Below the pieces are notes generated by a model. It was not told where the DNA came from. It did not search any database and saw only the letters and a program-made list of their open reading frames with translations. A program made the position numbers and the translations under genes. Of a stretch of 64,000 nucleotides of DNA, positions 58,315 through 64,000 are shown piece by piece; position 1 is the stretch's first letter, and the number at the start of each line of letters is the position of its first letter. Origin of the DNA: Bacilli bacterium. Lineage in GTDB: Bacteria > Bacillota_I > Bacilli_A > RF39 > UBA660. Location: the NCBI GenBank assembly GCA_017528315.1, contig JAFXOW010000059.1:91382-155381 (forward strand), written 5' to 3'.

Positions 58315-58382
58315 ATAAAAAAAGGTTGACAAGCCTTTTTTTTTATTATATACTTATTTAGTAAAAAGAAAGGAGAAATATT

Positions 58383-58661
58383 ATGGCAGTTAAATTAAGA
58401 CTTAAAAGAATGGGAAGTAAAAAGAAACCAGTTTATAGGATAGTTGCTATTGATTCACATACAAAAAGAGATGGAGAATATATTGAGTTACTTGGAACAT
58501 ACAATCCTTTAACAGAACCAAAAAGTGTTAAGGTAGACGAAGAAATTGCTATGAAATGGCTTAATAATGGAGCTATTCCAAGCGATACGGTTCGTAACTT
58601 ATTAAGTGAAGCTGGAATTATGAAGAAATTCCATGAATCAAAAAATAGAAAAGAGAAATAA
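58383..58661 (+). CDS. rpsP: 30S ribosomal protein S16
   Basis: [25 protein letters not shown]...; TTGACA-17-TATACT promoter at 58326-58354. Confidence 0.96.
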   Translation: MAVKLRLKRMGSKKKPVYRIVAIDSHTKRDGEYIELLGTYNPLTEPKSVKVDEEIAMKWLNNGAIPSDTVRNLLSEAGIMKKFHESKNRKEK

Positions 58662-58664
58662 TAT

Positions 58665-58913
58665 ATGGATTATGTAGGTTTAGCTGAAAGACTAATTAAA
58701 GCAATTGTAAAAGATGAAGATGCTGTATCTGTAAAAGAATTTCCAAGTGATGATGAAAAGAAAATTGAAATTCAAGTAATTGTTCATGAAGATGATATGA
58801 AAAGAGTAATTGGAAAAAATGGTAAAAATATTAATTCAATTAGAACCATACTTGCTGCTGCATCAAGTTTACATGATCATAAATATGTTAGTCTTAATGT
58901 CGAAGGTTTCTAA
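58665..58913 (+). CDS. khpA: KH-domain RNA-binding protein (KhpA/YlqC family)
   Basis: VIGKNGKNINSIRTI (the GxxG KH motif), about 80 aa, at the conserved position after rpsP. Confidence 0.85.
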   Translation: MDYVGLAERLIKAIVKDEDAVSVKEFPSDDEKKIEIQVIVHEDDMKRVIGKNGKNINSIRTILAAASSLHDHKYVSLNVEGF

Positions 58914-58995
58914 AACAATACAAACAAGTATTGTTTTTTTCTATACAAATTTATTAATCTTTGATATAATGATAATTATTGAAAGAAGGAAAAAA

Positions 58996-60144
58996 ATGAA
59001 TATTGAATTATATAATGAAAAAGATTTAATAACCATGAAATTATTGTATTATTTTATAACTATTAAAAATTATAATCCTATTATAGTTCAAGGAGTTAAA
59101 AATGAAATATGGCTTGAAAATTTACAAGAAGATATTAAAATCATTAGAATTGTTAATAATTATATACATAATAATGAACAAATGGAATTTGATATATTTA
59201 AGACAAAAAGATTAGTTAGTAAAATTAGGATTAAAACATTTTCACTCACTATGAAAGTTTTAAATATTTTTACTGATTTAGGAGATAATGTTGATTTTAA
59301 GAAAATAAATCAAGATAGTAAAAATTATAAATTTATAAATGCTAATAATGAAAGTGATATTGTAGAAAATAAAGTTATCACTAAAAATTTTACTGATTTA
59401 AAAAATAATTTTGAATTTAATGAAAAAGGGTTTCATTTGTTTTTAAAAATTACCAATGATATAAATGCTAAGAATAAAGAAGAAGCTCTTAGAAATGAAG
59501 AAGTTTTTAAACCTAAGAAAGTATTTGTTACTTACATTTTAATTGGAATATTAGTATTAATATATTTACTAGGGTTTATCTTTGGTCAAGCTAATATTAT
59601 AGAATTATTTGCTTTATACGGACCATATATTAGAAAATATAATGAGTATTATCGAATTGTTACAGCAGGATTTTTGCATGGTAATTTATTTCATTTATTA
59701 TGTAATTGTTATGCTTTATTTATAATCGGTAAGCAAGTAGAAAGTTTTTATGGAAAAAGAAAATTTTTAATTATTTATTTCTTAAGTTTAATAATGGGAA
59801 GTTTATTTAGTATAGCTTTATCAGAAAATGCCTCAGTTGGAGCCAGTGGAGCTATATTTGGTCTTATGGGAAGTTTACTTTATTTTGGATATTATTACCG
59901 AGTATATATAGGAAGTACTTGGAAAAATAATATTTTGCCAGTTATTCTTATCAACTTAGCATTAGGATTTATAATACCAGGAATTGATTATTTAGGTCAT
60001 ATTGGAGGATTAATTGGAGGAATTCTTGCATCAATGGCTGTTGGATTAAAGTACAAAGAACCAACTCGTGATAAAATAAACGGAACAATTATTTATTTAA
60101 TATTATTTGTATTTTTAATTTATTTAGGAATATTTATGAAGTAG
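58996..60144 (+). CDS. Rhomboid-family intramembrane serine protease with cytoplasmic N-terminal domain
   Basis: FLHGNLFHLLCNCYALF, GASGAIFGLMG (catalytic Ser) and GHIGGLIGG (catalytic His). The start at MNIELY follows GAAGGA. The upstream part of the tracked ORF overlaps khpA and was discarded. Confidence 0.85.
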   Translation: MNIELYNEKDLITMKLLYYFITIKNYNPIIVQGVKNEIWLENLQEDIKIIRIVNNYIHNNEQMEFDIFKTKRLVSKIRIKTFSLTMKVLNIFTDLGDNVDFKKINQDSKNYKFINANNESDIVENKVITKNFTDLKNNFEFNEKGFHLFLKITNDINAKNKEEALRNEEVFKPKKVFVTYILIGILVLIYLLGFIFGQANIIELFALYGPYIRKYNEYYRIVTAGFLHGNLFHLLCNCYALFIIGKQVESFYGKRKFLIIYFLSLIMGSLFSIALSENASVGASGAIFGLMGSLLYFGYYYRVYIGSTWKNNILPVILINLALGFIIPGIDYLGHIGGLIGGILASMAVGLKYKEPTRDKINGTIIYLILFVFLIYLGIFMK

Positions 60145-60189
60145 TGATACTTCTTTTTTTTTGACATAAAGTTAATTGAGGGGTTTAAT

Positions 60190-60864
60190 ATGTTTAAAAA
60201 AATATTTATTATATTAATGAGTATATCTTTAATATTTTCAGACTTTTCTGTTAAAGCATCAGATAATTTACTTTCTAATGCTAAATCTGGGGTACTAGTT
60301 GAAGTATCAACAGGAACGATTATTTTTGAAAAAAATATGAATGAAAGAGTTTCAGTTGCTTCAATGACTAAAATGATGGGAATGATTCTAGTAATGGAAG
60401 CCATAGAAGAAGGTAAACTTCGGCTTGAGGAAAAAGTTAAAGTATCAAAAAATGCAAGTGGTATGGGAGGAAGTCAAATATGGCTTGAAGAAGGTGAAGA
60501 AATGAGTGTTTTGGATTTAATTAAAGGTGTTATGATGGCATCAGCTAATGATGGAATCGTATGTCTTGCAGAAAGAGTAGGGGGAACGGAAGAAAAATTT
60601 GTTTTTATGATGAATGAAAAGGCTAAAATTTTAGGACTAAAAAATACTAATTTTGTAAATCCAACGGGACTCGATGAAGAAAATCATTATTCAAGTGCTT
60701 ATGATATGAGTATTATTGCAAGAGAATTAATTAAACACGAAGATATATTTAACTATACAAGTATTTATGAAGATTATTTAAGAAAAGGTACTCAAAATGA
60801 ATATTGGCTTGTGAATACTAATAAAGTCGTGTTTAAATTTTACAATAACTATTGGTTTATGTAG
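60190..60864 (+). pseudogene. 5' segment of a split D-alanyl-D-alanine carboxypeptidase gene (S11 family, DacB/DacF-like)
   Basis: A signal peptide, SxxK (SMTK) and SxN (SAND) are present. Family similarity runs through YEDYLRK....YWLVNTNK, then ends in unrelated residues and a stop. The KTG box and the C-terminal domain are missing. Confidence 0.8.
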
Positions 60865-60973
60865 AATGTAAATATTAAAGGTTTAGTATTTACATTTTGC
60901 AATAATTTAAAATAAACTGCATAATTTTAGTTTTTACCACCTATACTTAATTAGGAAGTTAGGGGTGGTTGAT

Positions 60974-61078
60974 ATGGTTGAAAAAATTATACCTAGAAAT
61001 GTCCAATTAGAAATTATGAAGTTTTTTTTGAAAACGAGCATACCAAGAATATTAAACTCAAATATCAAATCTATTTAG
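60974..61078 (+). CDS. Small ORF (34 aa) immediately upstream of the recombinase
   Basis: ATG preceded by AGGGGTGG. Peptide MVEKIIPRNVQLEIMKFFLKTSIPRILNSNIKSI. Not in the ORF track because it is too short. Confidence 0.3.
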   Translation: MVEKIIPRNVQLEIMKFFLKTSIPRILNSNIKSI

Positions 61079-61097
61079 TAAATAGAGGAGGATATTT

Positions 61098-62558
61098 ATG
61101 ATTAATAAAACAATAACAGGTATTTATATTCGTGTTTCAACAGAAGATCAGGCAAAAGATGGGTTTTCTATTCATGCTCAAAGAGAAAAACTTACTAAAT
61201 ATGCAGAAGCAAATGATTGGGACATTTTTGATTATTATGTAGATGATGGTATTAGTGGTAAAGATTTAGATGGCAGACCTGAGGTTACGAGATTAATTAA
61301 TGATGTTAAAGAGGGTAAAATTAATAATGTTTTAATATATAAGTTAGATAGATTAACTCGTAGTGTTCGTGATTTAATATATTTAATTGAGTTATTTGAA
61401 AAATATTCTTGCACTTTTAACTCCCAAACTGAAAAAATTGATACCTCAAATGCCGTTGGTAGAATGTTTGTTAAAATAATTGGTATATTTGCTGAATTTG
61501 AAAGAGAAAATTTAGCAGAAAGAGTATCATTTGGTTATGAACAAAAAACGAGAGAAGGGAATTATACTAATACATGTGGAGTTTATGGTTATGATTATTT
61601 AGGTAATAATGTATATGTTGTTAATGAAGAAGAAAAAAATTTGGTAAATAGAATATTTGATTTATATATAGATGGTTTATCTTATTATAAGATAGCAAAA
61701 AAATTAAATAATGAAAATCTTCCTACAAAAAGAGGTGGACATTGGGCAACAGGAACTATTAAATCTATTATTACTAATCCACTTTATATAGGTCAAGTTA
61801 GATATGGAGTGCAACCTAAAAATAAAGATAAATCTTTTTCGGTAGAAGGAAAAAATATTGAAGCAATAGTTGAAGTAGAAAAATGGGAGTCAGCAAATAA
61901 AGCCGTAGCAACTAGACAAAAATTCTGTATGAGAAGATATTCAAGTGATAATTCTTATTATTTTCATATAATTAAATGTGCTAAATGTGGTGGTGGTATT
62001 GGTGCAAGACAACAAAATCAAAAAGGAACAAAGTATATTACTTATAGATGCTATAATGCAAGTCGTGGTTTTTGTGAATGTGGAGGTTTTTCTCATAAAA
62101 TAATGGAAGATACTTTTATGGAATATTTAGATACATTAGGAAATATGAAACCTGATGATAGCATATTTGAAAAAAAGAATAATTTAGCTAATTATCAAAA
62201 ACAAGAAGAACAATTAAAAAATAAAATTGATAAATTATATTTAAAAAAGAAAACAATTAGAAATCAATTTGTTAATGAATTATTAACTATTGAAGAATAT
62301 AGAGAAATGATAGAAGAAATAGATAATCAAATCTCAAAATTAAATGATTCACTTGTTAATATAAATGCTAAAATTGGAGAAAATACAGAAGAATTTTCTT
62401 ATGAGGAAGTTAAAGAATTAATTACAAATATTAAATTAAATTGGGAAAATTTAACAAATAAAGAAAGAAAACATTTTTTAGAACAATTTGTTGATAAAAT
62501 AATGGTTGAAAAAATCAATGATAAAGTAATAATAAAAAATGTAGAATTTAAGAGGTAG
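61098..62558 (+). CDS. Large serine recombinase (SpoIVCA/phage-integrase type)
   Basis: Resolvase catalytic domain GIYIRVSTEDQ...YKLDRLTRS, a recombinase domain, a Cys-rich zinc ribbon (CAKCGG...YRCYN...CEC) and a C-terminal coiled coil. Strong SD AGAGGAGG. Confidence 0.9.
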   Translation: MINKTITGIYIRVSTEDQAKDGFSIHAQREKLTKYAEANDWDIFDYYVDDGISGKDLDGRPEVTRLINDVKEGKINNVLIYKLDRLTRSVRDLIYLIELFEKYSCTFNSQTEKIDTSNAVGRMFVKIIGIFAEFERENLAERVSFGYEQKTREGNYTNTCGVYGYDYLGNNVYVVNEEEKNLVNRIFDLYIDGLSYYKIAKKLNNENLPTKRGGHWATGTIKSIITNPLYIGQVRYGVQPKNKDKSFSVEGKNIEAIVEVEKWESANKAVATRQKFCMRRYSSDNSYYFHIIKCAKCGGGIGARQQNQKGTKYITYRCYNASRGFCECGGFSHKIMEDTFMEYLDTLGNMKPDDSIFEKKNNLANYQKQEEQLKNKIDKLYLKKKTIRNQFVNELLTIEEYREMIEEIDNQISKLNDSLVNINAKIGENTEEFSYEEVKELITNIKLNWENLTNKERKHFLEQFVDKIMVEKINDKVIIKNVEFKR

Positions 62559-62561
62559 TTT

Positions 62562-62756
62562 ATGAATGAAAAATTAATAAAAGTATATGATTTAGTTATA
62601 AATAATGATAATTTAGTTATAACTTTAATAAAGAAAAATAGTTATTATATTTTAGAAAAATGTATTATTAATAGTAATGTTATAAATTTAATTTATCAAA
62701 AGAAATTTAAAAATTATGAAAAAGCATTATGTCAATTTAAAAAATTAATGACATAG
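62562..62756 (+). CDS. Hypothetical small protein (64 aa) coupled to the recombinase gene
   Basis: It starts 4 nt after the recombinase stop, with SD AAGAGGT. No motif recognised. Confidence 0.4.
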   Translation: MNEKLIKVYDLVINNDNLVITLIKKNSYYILEKCIINSNVINLIYQKKFKNYEKALCQFKKLMT

Positions 62757-62859
62757 TGCTTTTTATATTACAATTTGATTTTTATATTTGTAAAAAGTTG
62801 TAGAAATTCTTTATAAAACCTTAAAAGTATGGTATTATTTAATTATGGTAGAGGTTAGT

Positions 62860-63081
62860 ATGATTGATAGAATAAAAGATATATTACAAACTAATAATAG
62901 TGTAGAATTTAGGATATATGGTTTAAATTATATTATTGAAAATAAAAATACAGATTATATCATTTATCCTAAAAATGATATTGATAGGGAAAAAAGTTAT
63001 AAAAGTATAGATGAATTATTTAAAAAGTATGAAATATATAATGAGAGTTTAAAAGATAATGAGAAAAAAATTCAAATTTAA
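62860..63081 (+). CDS. Hypothetical small protein (73 aa)
   Basis: The start at MIDRIK follows GAGGT. No motif recognised. Confidence 0.4.
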   Translation: MIDRIKDILQTNNSVEFRIYGLNYIIENKNTDYIIYPKNDIDREKSYKSIDELFKKYEIYNESLKDNEKKIQI

Positions 63082-63142
63082 ATATTGTATCTATTGTTGT
63101 ATGTAAGAATTTTAAAAGAAAGTTTGTAATTAGGAGTCTAAT

Positions 63143-63682
63143 GTGGGAAAGAAATTAAAAAAATATGTTGTTGTATCAATAATTAAAACTATTATGCTTT
63201 ATACTATTATTACACTAATTTTAACTATAATTGGTATTTGTCTTATTCCAGATATTGTTTCATTATTCTTTTTTGGACTAGACATCATTTGTATAATAAT
63301 GTTAATGTATAAAATATATAATTATATATTGAACATAAAGAATATCAAATTAAATGACTTTAAAAAAATAGAAAAAGAGCTTTTGAATCCTATTTTAATT
63401 AAACCATTTAATTATATTTTAACTGACACATACATCATTAATTTGAAAAATAGTCATTTATTTAAATACGAAGATATTGAAACTATGTATAAGAAAGTTG
63501 GATTTAGTTTAAGAACTAAGCATTTACATTTAGGCAAATATTTATGTATTATCACTAAAGATAAGAAAAAAGATAAATTTTTTATAGGTTATGTTGGAAA
63601 TATTTCAAATTCATTTTATGATTTTTCAAATATAATAATGAAGAAAAATATATGGGTTAATTTTAGTAAAGATGGGAAGTAA
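63143..63682 (+). CDS. Hypothetical 2-TM membrane protein (179 aa), paralog A
   Basis: GTG start after AGGAG. Two TM helices, then a soluble C-terminal domain. Its architecture and motifs are shared with the next ORF. Confidence 0.5.
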   Translation: MGKKLKKYVVVSIIKTIMLYTIITLILTIIGICLIPDIVSLFFFGLDIICIIMLMYKIYNYILNIKNIKLNDFKKIEKELLNPILIKPFNYILTDTYIINLKNSHLFKYEDIETMYKKVGFSLRTKHLHLGKYLCIITKDKKKDKFFIGYVGNISNSFYDFSNIIMKKNIWVNFSKDGK

Positions 63683-63688
63683 TAGTTT

Positions 63689-64000
63689 ATGAATTTTTCG
63701 TTTAGTAATTATTTAAAAAAATTTATAATAAAAAATTGTATTATTATAATTGTTTGGATATTATTTTTTACTTTTTTTATAAAAAAGGATATATCGAGTT
63801 TAACAATATTGTTAATCGGAATTATCTTGATGATTTATAGTCTAGTAAAGGGAATTTATCAAATAAAAAATTTACAAAACAAAAAAATAATAGAAAAAGA
63901 ATTAAATAATTGTTTATTTAATATAGGTGAAGTTTATTTTACTGATAAGTATATATTTAATTTAGATACTTTATCAAAGGTATATTATGAAGATATTTTA
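63689..64000 (+). CDS. Hypothetical 2-TM membrane protein, paralog B (3'-partial at window end)
   Basis: ATG 63689. The frame is open for 104 codons to the window end. Two TM helices, then IKNLQNKKIIEKELNNCLFNIGEVYFTDKYIFNLDTLSKVYYEDI, which parallels IKNIKLNDFKKIEKELLNPILIKPFNYILTDTYIINLKNSHLFKYEDI in paralog A. Confidence 0.5.
   Translation, partial: MNFSFSNYLKKFIIKNCIIIIVWILFFTFFIKKDISSLTILLIGIILMIYSLVKGIYQIKNLQNKKIIEKELNNCLFNIGEVYFTDKYIFNLDTLSKVYYEDIL

Larger units (their letters stand above)
60826..64000. mobile_element. Left end of an integrated element (prophage, ICE or skin-like intervening element) inserted in the dac gene; it extends beyond the window
   Basis: The host gene is truncated at about 60826-60846. 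A large serine recombinase gene lies 250 bp inside the junction, followed by small orphan ORFs and paralogous membrane proteins. Confidence 0.65.

Noticed and set aside
58810-58995. N-terminal 62 codons of the tracked ORF 58810-60144
   Set aside because: This part overlaps the KH-protein gene in another frame and then crosses the intergenic region. The rhomboid protein more plausibly starts at ATG 58996, which follows GAAGGA.

Overview
Very AT-rich chromosome segment (roughly 27-30% G+C by eye) using the standard genetic code. It most likely comes from a low-GC, spore-forming Firmicute. Evidence for sporulation is spoIVA, cotJB-cotJC, a spoVB-like flippase and a D,D-carboxypeptidase. Gene order is Bacilli/Erysipelotrichia-like: dnaD-nth, gpsB-rnpB, rodZ-pgsA-like, lepA-hemW, ftsA-ftsZ and rpsP-khpA. 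About 60 genes are present, nearly all on the + strand, and most are housekeeping (fmt, polA, purA, uppP, prs, serS, lepA, typA, ftsAZ, rpsP). RNA features I can support are RNase P RNA type B (34052-34406), one tRNA-Met(CAU) on the minus strand, and a Ser(UCU) T-box leader ahead of an HD-hydrolase/serS operon. I saw no CRISPR array and no rRNA. Four loci stand out. (1) A 514-bp ORF-free gap after ftsZ and an orphan gene has its own near-consensus promoter and a locally GC-enriched 3' part that folds by eye into a three-way junction. It sits directly upstream of a small 4-TM DUF21-like protein gene and is a candidate large ncRNA or novel leader. (2) A D,D-carboxypeptidase gene is cut after its SxN motif by an element whose first gene is a large serine recombinase, so it is a candidate skin-like sporulation intervening element or prophage. 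Only its left end lies in the window. (3) The pgsA-position gene has an eroded CDP-alcohol phosphatidyltransferase motif. (4) Decayed accessory genes (frameshifted DUF1016 nuclease, Fic remnant) and a small cassette flanked by identical hairpins are also present. All functional calls rest on motif recognition by eye and on synteny; no database search was possible.
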